DNA from: Planctomycetota bacterium
GTDB lineage: Bacteria; Planctomycetota; JAJSAM01; JAJVHW01
Direction: 5' to 3'
Length of the DNA: 64,000 nucleotides
NCBI GenBank assembly: GCA_965248445.1
Contig: CBDFJG010000004.1
Span: 352,001 to 416,000, forward strand
In this document: one piece after another, positions 18,167 to 29,042 of the stretch
How the letters are laid out: the number at the start of each line of letters is the position of its first letter
How positions within the stretch are numbered: the stretch's first letter is position 1
Notes under the pieces: generated by a model
Told to the model about the DNA's origin: nothing
Databases searched by the model: none
Seen by the model: only the letters and a program-made list of their open reading frames with translations
Made by a program: the position numbers and the translations under genes

Positions 18167-19588
18167 ATGCGCAGAGCGACATTGACGATCGCGGCGGCCG
18201 TGGTGGCTGCACTCGCCGCCGGCGCCGTGGCGGAGACCATCAAGGTGCCCGGCGACTTCAACACCATCCAGGAGGCGGTCGACAACGCCCAGCCGGGCGA
18301 CAAGATCCTGATCTCGAAGGGGATCTACTCGGAGAAGGTGAATGCCGCCGTCCCGGGATTGCAGTTCGTCGGGAAGAAGGGCGCGATCTGGGACGGCACC
18401 CCGAATGGGAACGAGGGAGTCTGTCTCTCCGCAAACGCCGACAACGTGCAGATCAAGGGCATCACGTTCCGCGCCGGCGACGGCCTGGTGGAAATCGACG
18501 GGAACGGAGCCATCATCGAGAAATGCGAGTTCGAGTCGTCGATCGCGTGCGCCATCGACATCACGGGCGATGACGCCGTCATCAAGAAGTGCGACTTCTT
18601 CGGGACGGACGGTGGCGTCTCTGTCTCGGGCAATGACACGCTGGTCGAGAAGTGCGATTTCCTGATGATGATCGACCGGTGCGTCGACATCAACGGCGAT
18701 CGCGCGGTCGTCGTCAAGTGCGACGTCCGCGTGTGCGAGAACGGCCCCGCGCTCGATGTGGACGGCAACGACGCGCTGGTCGAGAGGAACGAGGTGCTCT
18801 TCACCGGCGGCGAGTCGATCTTCGTGATCGGCGACGGTGGAACGATCAACAAGAACGAGTGCCGCGGATCGGGATTCGGATCGATCAACTACGAGGGCAA
18901 CGGGTCGACGATCACCGGCAACAAGGTGGCTGAGTGCGGTGAGTTCGGGATCTTCGTGTTCGGCGACGACCACACGATCGACAAGAACAACGTTCGCTCG
19001 ATGCTGCTCGAGGGGATCGAGGCGTTTGGCGCCGGCATCGTCATCACGAACAACAAGATCGATGAAGTGATGCGCGGAGTCGCGGGCATCCATCTGAATG
19101 ACAACGGCACAGCGGGGGGAGGCCGGATCGAGGGCAACAAGGTGAACGACGTGGTGGAGGCGGGCATTCTCGTAATGTCCGACAACGTGGATCTCTTCGG
19201 CAACAGGGTCACGAACTGCGGAGCCGAGAATCAGGCGTCCATCCTCATGACCGGGGACGGCAACGAGGCGCGGGACAACGCGGTCACCAACGGCGGAGAC
19301 GATGGCTTCCGAGTCACCGGCGACAACAACGTCCTCGCCGACAACGTGGTGAAGCGGTGTGCCAAGGACGGCTACGACATTGCCGGCGGCACCGGGAACG
19401 GCATCTTGGATTGCGACGCGTTCGACTGTCTGGCAGAAGGGCTGGACAACAGCGGGTCTGACACGTCGGTCATCGGCGGCAAGTTCGCGGGGAGCCGCAT
19501 CGACGTCGCAAACGACGGCACGTTCGCGAGCTTCGATCCGAAGAGTCTCGAGACCGGGGGCGAAGCGACTCTGCCGGAACGAGACTGA
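18167..19588 (+). CDS. Secreted right-handed parallel beta-helix repeat protein
   Basis: Signal peptide, 'VPGDFNTIQEAVDNAQPGDKILISKGIYSE', and many ~22-aa PbH1 repeats. Confidence 0.9.
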   Translation: MRRATLTIAAAVVAALAAGAVAETIKVPGDFNTIQEAVDNAQPGDKILISKGIYSEKVNAAVPGLQFVGKKGAIWDGTPNGNEGVCLSANADNVQIKGITFRAGDGLVEIDGNGAIIEKCEFESSIACAIDITGDDAVIKKCDFFGTDGGVSVSGNDTLVEKCDFLMMIDRCVDINGDRAVVVKCDVRVCENGPALDVDGNDALVERNEVLFTGGESIFVIGDGGTINKNECRGSGFGSINYEGNGSTITGNKVAECGEFGIFVFGDDHTIDKNNVRSMLLEGIEAFGAGIVITNNKIDEVMRGVAGIHLNDNGTAGGGRIEGNKVNDVVEAGILVMSDNVDLFGNRVTNCGAENQASILMTGDGNEARDNAVTNGGDDGFRVTGDNNVLADNVVKRCAKDGYDIAGGTGNGILDCDAFDCLAEGLDNSGSDTSVIGGKFAGSRIDVANDGTFASFDPKSLETGGEATLPERD

Positions 19589-19616
19589 GAAGGGAGCGCA
19601 CCACTAGACTCTCGCG

Positions 19617-20615
19617 ATGCACGTGCTGCTCCTCGGTGGGACCCTCTTTCTCGGCCGCCATGTCGTCGACGCGGCGCTCGCGGCGGGGCACGAGGTCACG
19701 CTGTTCAACCGCGGAAAGACGAATCCCGGGCTGTTCCCAGATCAGGAGCACGTGCTGGGCGACCGGGACGGCGGCCTGGCTCCCCTGCGCGGCCGGCGGT
19801 TCGATGCGGTGATCGACACGTGCGGCTACGTCCCGCGGTTGGTCGAGGACTCGGCGCGGCTGCTGTCGGACACATGCGGGCACTACACGTTCGTCTCCAG
19901 CTTGAGCGCGTACGAGTTGCCGATCGCTCCGGGATCCGACGAGTCGGCGCCCTCGGCGACGATGGAAGACGACTCCGTCGAGGAGATCACCAACGAGACG
20001 TACGGTCCGCTGAAGAAGCTGAGCGAGGACGCGGCCGCTGCCGCGTTCGGCGCCGACCGCACGGCGCATATCCGCGCCGGCTTCATCGTCGGTCCTCATG
20101 ACCGTTCGGATCGCTTCACGTATTGGCCGGTGCGGATCGCACGCGGCGGGGAGGTGTTGTGCTCCCCATGGCCGGATCAGCCGATGCAGTTCGTCGACGT
20201 GCGTGACCTGGCGGCCTGGGTGGTCGCGCTTGCCGAACGGCGTGCGGCTGGTTCGTTCAACGCAACGGGTCCGCTGGAGAGACTCACTCTCCGGAGATTC
20301 GTCGAAACGTGCCGGGAGGTGCTCGGCGCCGATGCGACGTTCGTCTGGCCGGACGAGGAGTTCGCGATGGAGCACGCGGAGATGCTCGGCACGCCTCTCC
20401 CGCTGATCGTCACGCCCGATGTGTTCGGGCTCATGGACGTGTCGATCGACCGCGCGCTCTCGACGGGTCTCGCGTTCCGTCCGCTCGCTGAGACGGTCCG
20501 CGAGACGCTTGTCTTCGCAGAGGGCAGGCCCGGCGCGGAACTCCGCGCCGGGCCCACCGCTGAGGACGAATCACGTGTGATGTCCGCGTGGCGGTCTCAC
20601 TCGCTCGGCGCGTAG
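19617..20615 (+). CDS. NAD-dependent epimerase/dehydratase family (extended SDR)
   Basis: 'GGTLFLGR', 'FNRGKT', 'YGPLK', 'DRFTYWP', 'QFVDVRDLA'. Confidence 0.92.
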   Translation: MHVLLLGGTLFLGRHVVDAALAAGHEVTLFNRGKTNPGLFPDQEHVLGDRDGGLAPLRGRRFDAVIDTCGYVPRLVEDSARLLSDTCGHYTFVSSLSAYELPIAPGSDESAPSATMEDDSVEEITNETYGPLKKLSEDAAAAAFGADRTAHIRAGFIVGPHDRSDRFTYWPVRIARGGEVLCSPWPDQPMQFVDVRDLAAWVVALAERRAAGSFNATGPLERLTLRRFVETCREVLGADATFVWPDEEFAMEHAEMLGTPLPLIVTPDVFGLMDVSIDRALSTGLAFRPLAETVRETLVFAEGRPGAELRAGPTAEDESRVMSAWRSHSLGA

Positions 20616-21223
20616 ACCATCTTGCGCAACATGTCGTTCGAGCTCTCCGGGCCGACGACGATCGGGTCCGCCGGATGGATGCCCAGGGCCTCGCGACCCA
20701 TGAACTTCACGGTCCCTCCGGCGAAGAGCACGTTGATGCCGCCGCTGTGATGGGCAGTGCGGTGATCGAGTCCCTGGCGGTCCGCCGCGATTGCCTGCAT
20801 CTCGTATTGCTCCCGACCGATCGGGTGATTGACGAAGTCGCGGACGACGAACGAGCAAAGCTCGTCGCTCGGGTTGTCGAGGTCGACGTCGTCGTAGCGA
20901 TCCTGGTCCGCCGGGGTCTGTGGCACGATCACGGTCGGATCTCCCGGACACACGAAGGCCGCCTCGTTCCCGCGCTGGATCTTCCCGTCGACACGGAGTG
21001 CGAGGAAGTACGACGCCCCGGAGTGCCGGGGTCGCCCTCCGTTCGCGATCTGTCCCTCGACGTAGAGCGTTCCGATTTGGCGCAGGCGGTCGCCGCATTG
21101 CGTCTGTCTGAACTTCTCCTGGCTGTACGTCACAGCCAGCATCACGCTGCCGGCCAACGCGGCGATGATCGTGATCACCACCAGGATTTCGATGAGCGTG
21201 AATCCGCTCGAGTCTCTGCGCAT
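20597..21223 (-). CDS. Prepilin-type N-terminal cleavage/methylation domain protein
   Basis: 'GFTLIEILVVITIIAALAG'; 'FVCPGD'; C-terminal 'HSGGINVLFAGG' resembles the planctomycete H-X9-DG motif. Confidence 0.9.
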   Translation of the reverse strand: MRRDSSGFTLIEILVVITIIAALAGSVMLAVTYSQEKFRQTQCGDRLRQIGTLYVEGQIANGGRPRHSGASYFLALRVDGKIQRGNEAAFVCPGDPTVIVPQTPADQDRYDDVDLDNPSDELCSFVVRDFVNHPIGREQYEMQAIAADRQGLDHRTAHHSGGINVLFAGGTVKFMGREALGIHPADPIVVGPESSNDMLRKMVYAPSE

Positions 21224-21427
21224 CGCGCACCTCCTTCTCGTTCCCGCCGGCCCACGCCGGCGGAGCTGCGATGAAGAGGAGCGACGCCTTGGGCTGCGGC
21301 GGTGCTTCCGGCGCCCGAGATGAACAAGTCGCTGTGATGTGCGGCGCGTCCGCAGCGTCCGATGACGCTCCTCGCGCGACCCCCGACCAACAGCCATTAT
21401 CGCACCGCCTGCCGGGTGCGCAGCGGA

Positions 21428-22636
21428 TCAGGTGCGGGCCGAGGCTGCGCCGTGCGCAGCCACGGTCGCCAGCATCAACTGCTCGAGGCGATCCACGTAC
21501 GCGTCAGGATTGAGCGCCGCACGCACGAGCGCCTGTCCGCGCTCACCCATCTCGGCCGCCGCCGCGGGGTTCTCGATCAACTTCGTCACAGCGGCGCTGA
21601 AGGCCGCCGGGCTGTCGTCAGCCAGCACGCGTCCGGACTCGCCGTCGCGAACGAAGCCCCGCAGGCCCGAGTCGTGACCCGTGACGGTCGGGACCCCGCA
21701 TGCCATGGCTTCGAGTGCCGCGCGCGGGAACGACTCGGAGTGAGACGGCAGCGCGAACACGTCGAACGCCGGGTAGAACGCCTCGGGGTGCCGGCGTGGT
21801 CCCAGGAAGTGCACCAGCGCGTTGGCCTTCGCGGCTTCCTTGATCACCTTCGCGAACTCGGGCTCACCCCACCCGACGATGACGAGATGCGTGTCCGGGC
21901 GAGTGAGCGCCAGCGCGCGGTGGATCTCGATAAGGTGGCCCGGCCGCTTCCTCGCGCTGAATCGCCCGACGTAGCCCAGGATGCGAGCCTCGTCGGGGAT
22001 GCCCAACTGTGCGCGCGTAGAGACCCGGGCCTCCGGGTCCGACTTGAACCGCCCCAGGTCGATGGCCGAGCCGAGGACGTTGACCCGCGATTCCGGGACG
22101 TACCCGGTCCTCAAGATGTCCTCGCGCACGTACTCGGTTTGCGCGGCGAACGCGTCGGTCGCGCGCGAGTAGAGCCACTTGTTCGGCGCGTGCTTCTTGA
22201 TTTCCTTCCGGTTGTGGCGGAAGCGAAGCAGGGGCGGGCGTTCCCGCATCCGGCTGAGTGCGACTGCGCTCAGCCAGTGGTCCCACGATGCGTGGGTCTC
22301 GACGATGTCGATTCCGGTGGACTGGATTGTCTTGCGGAGGCGCCGCGCTGTGGCGAAGTACGAGGGCCAGTGGCGCACGCCGCGCTGGAAGTCGAACTCC
22401 TCCACACGCACGAGATCGCGATCCAGCCGGTCTGCGATAGCACTGCCGACGTTGTGGGCCACGGTCACATCATGGCCGCGGGCCGCCAGACCGTGGGCAC
22501 CGATCAGTGTGGTGTAGAGCTCGCCGCACCAGGCGCGCTTCTTGGCCGTGATCAGCACACCCAGTTTCTGCGACGGCTCGCGTGCTGCTCGCGGGGCACG
22601 CGTGTCGGTCGGGTCGGGGGGAGCCTTCTGGATCAT
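21428..22636 (-). CDS. Glycosyltransferase family 4
   Basis: 'GYVGRFSARK', 'FDVFALPSHSESFPRAALEAMACGVP'. Start is uncertain. Confidence 0.9.
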   Translation of the reverse strand: MIQKAPPDPTDTRAPRAAREPSQKLGVLITAKKRAWCGELYTTLIGAHGLAARGHDVTVAHNVGSAIADRLDRDLVRVEEFDFQRGVRHWPSYFATARRLRKTIQSTGIDIVETHASWDHWLSAVALSRMRERPPLLRFRHNRKEIKKHAPNKWLYSRATDAFAAQTEYVREDILRTGYVPESRVNVLGSAIDLGRFKSDPEARVSTRAQLGIPDEARILGYVGRFSARKRPGHLIEIHRALALTRPDTHLVIVGWGEPEFAKVIKEAAKANALVHFLGPRRHPEAFYPAFDVFALPSHSESFPRAALEAMACGVPTVTGHDSGLRGFVRDGESGRVLADDSPAAFSAAVTKLIENPAAAAEMGERGQALVRAALNPDAYVDRLEQLMLATVAAHGAASART

Positions 22637-22813
22637 TGTCTCGGCTGAGCCTAGGCGCCGAAGATGACGCGCAAATGAACGCCCGATCACGCATTCGTCA
22701 TCCGGCGGGGTCGCCTGAGGCGCCCCGCTCGAGGTCACCGGGCGTTCACCGGCGCCGAGGATAGTGGCCCGAGAGCAGGCTCCAACACGCCGATCGCGAG
22801 CCCGAAACCCAGC

Positions 22814-22829
22814 GTTCACACGAGGTTCA
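22814..22829 (+). promoter_or_regulatory. GTTCA-N6-GTTCA direct repeat (putative OmpR-family box) upstream of the PepSY gene
   Basis: GTTCA at 22814 and 22825, an 11-bp period; the same motif recurs at 23761 and 26821. Confidence 0.6.
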
Positions 22830-22918
22830 GACCCGTTCTCGTACCCTCTTCACATGAGCAGACTGCCCCGGGCGCCGGGGGAACGACCGCCGCCCGATCC
22901 AACCTGGGAGGAGAGGCC

Positions 22919-23656
<738 letters not shown>

Positions 23657-23760
23657 GTGAGGGCTGCCCGCCACGCTCGCGAGCGGTGACGGCATACCCC
23701 AGAGGCGGAGCGCGCCACCCCGGCGGCGGAGCGAGCCTGGCCGGGCGTGGCACGAGGTCC

Positions 23761-23779
23761 GTTCATGAGGCGTTCATGA
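23761..23779 (+). promoter_or_regulatory. GTTCATGA direct repeat (putative OmpR-family box)
   Basis: GTTCATGA at 23761 and 23772, about 65 bp upstream of the ATG at 23843. Confidence 0.6.
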
Positions 23780-23842
23780 ACACCCGGGAGTCTCCCGGGC
23801 GGACGCCGCTGCACCGGTTCTCGCGAAAGAAGGAGCCAAGCC

Positions 23843-24637
23843 ATGTCAGCTTTCACAACGATCACGAGGCGCGTGATTCTCCGCCTGGCGCTGGGGGCGG
23901 TCTTGGCCGCCCTGCTGTTCGGAGTCCGCGCCTCGGCGCCCGACGCCGTGGCCGCGCCGCCGCAAGACACCCCGGTCTTCAGCCAGCCGCTCGAGATCAC
24001 CAATGCCGTGTTCCCGGTGATCCCCGGCGCGGTCAAGGTGTACTCGGGCCGCGCGCGGGGCGTGCCGCTGATGATCGTCGAGTCGCATCTCCTCGATACC
24101 CGTACGTTCCCCTGGGCCGGCGGCTCGGTCGAGTGTCGCATCATCGAGGAGCTGGTGTTCGAGCGCGGCCAGTACGTTGCGAGCGAACAGCGTTACGTGG
24201 CGCAGGCGGACGACGGCTCGGTGTGGACGTTCGGCGAGGTCGAGGACGACGATCCGCACGACGATGGCGGCAATGACGCCAAGGAGACGGGCGGCTGGAT
24301 CGTCGGTCAGCGCGCTCCGTCCGACCCGCCCGACATCGCGACCGGAGCCGCGCCGACGATGTGGATGCCCTCCACTCCGACCGTCGGCGACGAGTGGACG
24401 GCCGAGGAGGCGCCGCCCAGCCGGCTGACGCTCCGCTCGACGACGCGTACGCGCGCCACCCTGCGCGTGCCGACAGGTCGCTACACGGACTGCGTCCGCA
24501 TCCGCGAGACCGACGTCCCCGACAAGAGTTCGGAGGCGTTCTGGCATGCGCCGGGTCTCGGCATCGTGAAGTCTCGCGCCGGCCGCGAGCGGCTGTCGCT
24601 GCAGGCCAGCACCATTCGCGTCGCGGGACGGGAATAG
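23843..24637 (+). CDS. Hypothetical secreted protein
   Basis: AAGGAG RBS, signal peptide, 'YVAQADDGSVWTFGE', 'VPTGRYTDCVRIRE', 'WHAPGLGIVK'. Confidence 0.8.
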   Translation: MSAFTTITRRVILRLALGAVLAALLFGVRASAPDAVAAPPQDTPVFSQPLEITNAVFPVIPGAVKVYSGRARGVPLMIVESHLLDTRTFPWAGGSVECRIIEELVFERGQYVASEQRYVAQADDGSVWTFGEVEDDDPHDDGGNDAKETGGWIVGQRAPSDPPDIATGAAPTMWMPSTPTVGDEWTAEEAPPSRLTLRSTTRTRATLRVPTGRYTDCVRIRETDVPDKSSEAFWHAPGLGIVKSRAGRERLSLQASTIRVAGRE

Positions 24638-24642
24638 CCTCG

Positions 24643-25323
24643 ATGCGACTCCTCGTCGTCGAAGACGACCCCGACCTCTCCGAAGTCCTGCGCGACGGGC
24701 TCATCGAGGAGGGCTACGCCGTAGACCTGTCCGTGACCGGCGAGGACGGGCTCTGGCGCGCGACGACCGTTGACTACGACGTCGCCGTGCTCGACGTGAT
24801 GCTCCCCGACATGAGCGGCTTCGACATCCTGCGGGCGATGCGGAAGAAGGGGCAGGTCACTCCGGTGCTCGTGCTCACGGCCCGCGACGAGACTGCGGAC
24901 CGCGTCAACGGACTCGACGCCGGTGCGGATGACTACCTGGTCAAGCCGTTCGCGTGGGAGGAACTGCTGGCTCGCCTGCGCGCGCTGTTGCGCCGCGGCG
25001 CGAGCGGCCGCGCCCCGCGTCTGGAACTCGGCGACCTGACTCTGGATCCCGCCACGCGTGAAGTGTGCCAAGCGGGGACGCTCATCTCCACGACAGCGAA
25101 GGAGTTCGAGATCCTCTACGTTCTGATGCGTGAGCCGGGCCGCGTGTTCTCGCGGACCGAGATCACCGAGAGCATCTACGACGACGAGTACGACGGCATG
25201 AGCAACGTGATCGACGTCTTCTTCAGCCGCATCCGCCGGAAGCTCGGCTCAGGCGAGGCCACTCCTCGCATCCGGACCGTGCGCGGCGTTGGGTACGCAT
25301 TGACCTGTGAACAGACCGTTTAG
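24643..25323 (+). CDS. OmpR/PhoB-family response regulator
   Basis: 'LLVVEDD', 'LDVMLP', 'GADDYLVKPF', winged-helix 'RTVRGVGY'. Confidence 0.96.
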   Translation: MRLLVVEDDPDLSEVLRDGLIEEGYAVDLSVTGEDGLWRATTVDYDVAVLDVMLPDMSGFDILRAMRKKGQVTPVLVLTARDETADRVNGLDAGADDYLVKPFAWEELLARLRALLRRGASGRAPRLELGDLTLDPATREVCQAGTLISTTAKEFEILYVLMREPGRVFSRTEITESIYDDEYDGMSNVIDVFFSRIRRKLGSGEATPRIRTVRGVGYALTCEQTV

Positions 25324-26785
25324 CCTGCGGACCTCCCTCCTGATCGGCCTCGTGCTGCTCAACGTGGCCGTGATCGCGGGATTCAGCACGACGGTCTACG
25401 CGCGTGCGGACAGCCAGGCGCACGAGGCGCTGCACGCGAAGCTGCGCGTGCATGCGAAGACGTTCGCAGGCGCCTTCGAGTTCGAGGGCGACGCGCCGGA
25501 GCTCGAGTTCTCGCCGCGTCTCATGCCGGAGTTCGTGAACCATGGATCCGGCGCGTACGCCGGGATCTACAACCCCGACGGGACGCCAATCATCCGCTGC
25601 CAGTCGCTCTACCCGCGTCAGCTGGAGTCGAGCGCGCCGTGGGGGAACGGAGAGTTCGCGTTCCACGAACTGGCAAAGGGACCGGACGACATCCCGTGCA
25701 CGGTGGTCACGTACTCGTTCCTGGCGCGCGTCGACGGCGACGACGAAGAGGACCAGGATGACCACGAAGGCGGCGTCGTTGCGGGTGTCGAGGACGAGCC
25801 GACCGGGCGGGCCTGCCAGGTTCGGGTGGCACTGGACAGCCGCCCGCGCGACGCCGGCCTCGCCCAGCTTCTCTGGTTCCTCGTCCTCATCGGAGGGGGA
25901 TCCCTGGTCGCCACCACGATCGGCGGCCTGCTGGTCGCGCGCTACGTGCTGAAGCCCGTGCACACCATGACGGCGGAAGCGGCCGCGCTCACGCCAGAGG
26001 ACACGTCGCGCCGGCTGCGCCCCGAGTCCGGGCCCCGCGAGCTGCGGAGCCTCGCCGGAACCCTCAACTCAGCCTTGGACCGCCTCGGAAGTGCGTTCGA
26101 CCGGCAGAAGCGGTTCACCTCCGACGCCAGCCACGAACTGCGCACACCGTTGTCGGTCCTGCTGGGGAACGCCGAACTGCTCCTGCGCAAGGAGCGCACG
26201 GGCAAGGAGTACCGCCGCGGTCTCGAGCGGCAGCGCCGGATCGCCACCCGCATGACCGAGATCACCGAGAACCTCCTCGCGCTGGCCCGCTCGGACGGTG
26301 GCGCGGCGGAAATCGAGCACGACGCCGTCGAGCTCCCGCAGCTCGCGCGAAGCGTCGTGAACGAGCTCGAGCCGATCGCCGCCGCGGGCGAGATCTCGCT
26401 CGAGTGCCGCGCAGACGGCGAGATCACCGTGGACGGGGATGCGACGCATCTCTCCGGCCTCCTCGAGAACCTGGTGTCGAACGCAGTGAAGTTCACGCCT
26501 CGCGGGGGCGCGGTGCAGGTCACCGTGTCGCGCAACGGCAAGTACGCCATCGTCGACGTCAGTGACAGCGGACCGGGGATTCCGGACGAGCACCGGGAGC
26601 ACGTGTTCGACCGCTTCTTCCGCGTGCACGACGGCCGTGACCGCCGCGAAGGTGCGGGACTCGGGCTCGCGATCGTCGAGTGGATCGTGCAAGCGCACGA
26701 GGGCCACATCGACGTGCGCAACCGGCCGGGTGGCGGAGCGACGTTTACCGTCAAGCTCCCGCTGCACACCGCCGTCGCTGCATGA
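25307..26785 (+). CDS. Sensor histidine kinase (2 TM, HAMP, HisKA, HATPase)
   Basis: 'FTSDASHELRTPL', 'NLVSNAVKF', 'DSGPGI', 'FDRFFR', 'GAGLGLAIV'. Confidence 0.96.
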   Translation: MNRPFSLRTSLLIGLVLLNVAVIAGFSTTVYARADSQAHEALHAKLRVHAKTFAGAFEFEGDAPELEFSPRLMPEFVNHGSGAYAGIYNPDGTPIIRCQSLYPRQLESSAPWGNGEFAFHELAKGPDDIPCTVVTYSFLARVDGDDEEDQDDHEGGVVAGVEDEPTGRACQVRVALDSRPRDAGLAQLLWFLVLIGGGSLVATTIGGLLVARYVLKPVHTMTAEAAALTPEDTSRRLRPESGPRELRSLAGTLNSALDRLGSAFDRQKRFTSDASHELRTPLSVLLGNAELLLRKERTGKEYRRGLERQRRIATRMTEITENLLALARSDGGAAEIEHDAVELPQLARSVVNELEPIAAAGEISLECRADGEITVDGDATHLSGLLENLVSNAVKFTPRGGAVQVTVSRNGKYAIVDVSDSGPGIPDEHREHVFDRFFRVHDGRDRREGAGLGLAIVEWIVQAHEGHIDVRNRPGGGATFTVKLPLHTAVAA

Positions 26786-26836
26786 ACGCGAACTGAACGA
26801 ACTCGCCGCGTAGCGCGCACGTTCACGCGTGGTTCA
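26783..26836. promoter_or_regulatory. Two oppositely oriented GTTCA-N6-GTTCA boxes downstream of the kinase
   Basis: TGAAC at 26783 and 26794 (minus strand); GTTCA at 26821 and 26832 (plus strand). Confidence 0.5.
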
Positions 26837-26925
26837 TCGCGTCCTCGTGAGCGCGACGCATCTTCATGAAGAAAGCGCGCGAACACGCTTCGTCGTCACC
26901 GAGCGTTCAGCTTCGCCCTCTAGCG

Positions 26926-28457
26926 GTACCCGTTCAGCCCTTGGTTCTGAGCTCGGATCCAGATCGCTTTCCGTTCGGTCGATGAATCGGATGTGGGCAC
27001 CGATGAGCTGCGTGATCTGGTCGAGCGCCTGACCCGTCGTCTGGACGCTCGGGACGAGACGATTGCCGAGCAGGCGGAGGTGATCGAGCGGCAGGCGGCA
27101 CGGATCGACGATCTCGAGAGCCGTCTTCGCCGGGACTCCCGCACCTCCTCGCGCCCACCGTCCTCGGATCCGTCGTGGTCCAAGAAGCGGCGGCGGCGCA
27201 AGCCGCCGTCGGACAAGCGCCAGGGTGCGCAGCCCGGCCACAAAGGGGCGACGCGCAAGCTCGTGGACGAGTCCGAGGTCGATGGCGTAGAGGACCACCG
27301 CCCGCGCGAGTGCAGCGCGTGTGGGAGCGACGTGCTCGTCCCGATCGATCGCGCCCCGACACGCCAGCAGGTCTTCGAGGTCCCGCCACGGCTGATCCAG
27401 GTGACCGAGCACCGGTTGCACCGGGCACGGTGCACGGACTGTGGCGCCACGTCCACTGCCTCGCTGCCAAGCGGTGTGACGGCGAGTCCCTTCGGCCCGC
27501 GACTCTGTGCGCTCACCGCGGCTCTGGTCGGCGTCTTCCGCCTGTCGCGGCGCGAGACCAGTCGTCTGTTGCGTGACGTCATCGGCGTCTCGATGTCACC
27601 GGGCACGGTCAGTGCGATCGAGGAGCGGGTGTCGGGAGCCATCTCCTCAGCGCACATCGAGGCCCTCGGGGCCGTACGCACGAGCAGCGTCGCCTATGTA
27701 GACGAGACACCGTGGTCGCGTCGTGGCACGCTGCATTGGCTGTGGAGCGCGGTCTGTGAGCACGCCACGGTCCATCGTATCGATCGGCGCAGGAGCGCCA
27801 AGGCCATGCGGCGACTCGTGGGCAAGCGCTTCAGGGGCGTCCTCGTGACCGACCGTATGGGCGCTTACGACCAGCATCCCACCGAGCGCCGCCAGATCTG
27901 CTGGGCGCATCTCGAGAGGGACTTTCGAGCGCTGGCCGAGGGCTCGCGCGGCGGCCGGCGCTTCGGCAAGCAGGCCGTGCGTCTCGCCCAGGCTGTCATG
28001 CGAGCTCAGCGTCACTTCGGCGAGCACGGGGACCGCGACCGCATGCGGCGTGAGCTGCGTCTCACATGGGACCGACTCCTGACGCTGCTCGTGCGCGGCG
28101 CAGACAGCAAGCACCGCCGAGTACGCGGAACGACTCGGCATCTGCTCGACCGAGCGGAGGCTCTGTGGACCTTCGCCGACGTCCCTGGCGTCTCCCCGAC
28201 GAACAACGCCGCTGAGCGCGCGGTGCGCAAGCCGGTCCTGTGGAGACGCGCAACGCACGGAAGTCAGAGCGAGCGCGGACTCCGCTTCGTCGAGCGCATC
28301 CTGACCGTCACCGCCACGCTCCGCCAGCGTGGCGAGAGCGTCTTCGATTACCTCGCAGACGTCAGCGCGGCACTCGCGCACAACCGCTCGCCGCCGGCTC
28401 TCGTCGCGCTCCCGATCACGCGCTGAGGCCGCGGATCGTCATACCCTGAACGGGTAC
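26926..28457 (+). mobile_element. IS66-family element, copy 2, 1532 bp, inverted relative to copy 1
   Basis: Same TIRs and length as copy 1; identical 477-aa translation in the ORF track. Confidence 0.97.
26993..28426 (+). CDS. IS66 transposase (TnpC-like)
   Basis: Identical to 9802-11235. Confidence 0.96.
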   Translation: MGTDELRDLVERLTRRLDARDETIAEQAEVIERQAARIDDLESRLRRDSRTSSRPPSSDPSWSKKRRRRKPPSDKRQGAQPGHKGATRKLVDESEVDGVEDHRPRECSACGSDVLVPIDRAPTRQQVFEVPPRLIQVTEHRLHRARCTDCGATSTASLPSGVTASPFGPRLCALTAALVGVFRLSRRETSRLLRDVIGVSMSPGTVSAIEERVSGAISSAHIEALGAVRTSSVAYVDETPWSRRGTLHWLWSAVCEHATVHRIDRRRSAKAMRRLVGKRFRGVLVTDRMGAYDQHPTERRQICWAHLERDFRALAEGSRGGRRFGKQAVRLAQAVMRAQRHFGEHGDRDRMRRELRLTWDRLLTLLVRGADSKHRRVRGTTRHLLDRAEALWTFADVPGVSPTNNAAERAVRKPVLWRRATHGSQSERGLRFVERILTVTATLRQRGESVFDYLADVSAALAHNRSPPALVALPITR

Positions 28458-28752
28458 CTGTGGACCTTCGCCGACGTCCCTGGCGTCTCCCCGACGAACA
28501 ACGCCGCTGAGCGCGCGGTGCGCAAGCCGGTCCTGTGGAGACGCGCAACGCACGGAAGTCAGAGCGAGCGCGGACTCCGCTTCGTCGAGCGCATCCTGAC
28601 CGTCACCGCCACGCTCCGCCAGCGTGGCGAGAGCGTCTTCGATTACCTCGCAGACGTCAGCGCGGCACTCGCGCACAACCGCTCGCCGCCGGCTCTCGTC
28701 GCGCTCCCGATCACGCGCTGAGGCCGCGGATCGTCATACCCTGAACGGGTAC
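28458..28752 (+). mobile_element. Tandem 295-bp duplicate of the IS66 3' end, including the right TIR
   Basis: Repeats 28163-28457, starting CTGTGGACCTTCGCC and ending CTGAACGGGTAC. Confidence 0.95.
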
Positions 28753-29042
28753 CTCAAGCGCGCGGTCCAGAAGTGCGTAGTAGTCGTCCACCTCCGGTGG
28801 GTGCTGCGCCGCCGCGGGCCATCGTGCCACGAGGTCGGCGATGTACACCGGTGCAGCGGTGACTACGCGTCAGAAGAAGAGGATCGGTGCAGCGCTTCTC
28901 AGACTCCTCGCAGACGCGCTGACCAGAGCCGTCTCCCGATGCCTCCTCCGCGTAGGGGACGGGAGTGGAGCTACGTGCGGCTCTTCGCAGTGGACGAATC
29001 GACCCTCGCGGAACGAGAAGGTCGCAAACCCGAGGTTAAACC

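Noticed and set aside
28753..29040. Short ORFs next to the duplicated IS end
   Set aside because: No start/RBS or family motif; at most a fragment cut by the IS.
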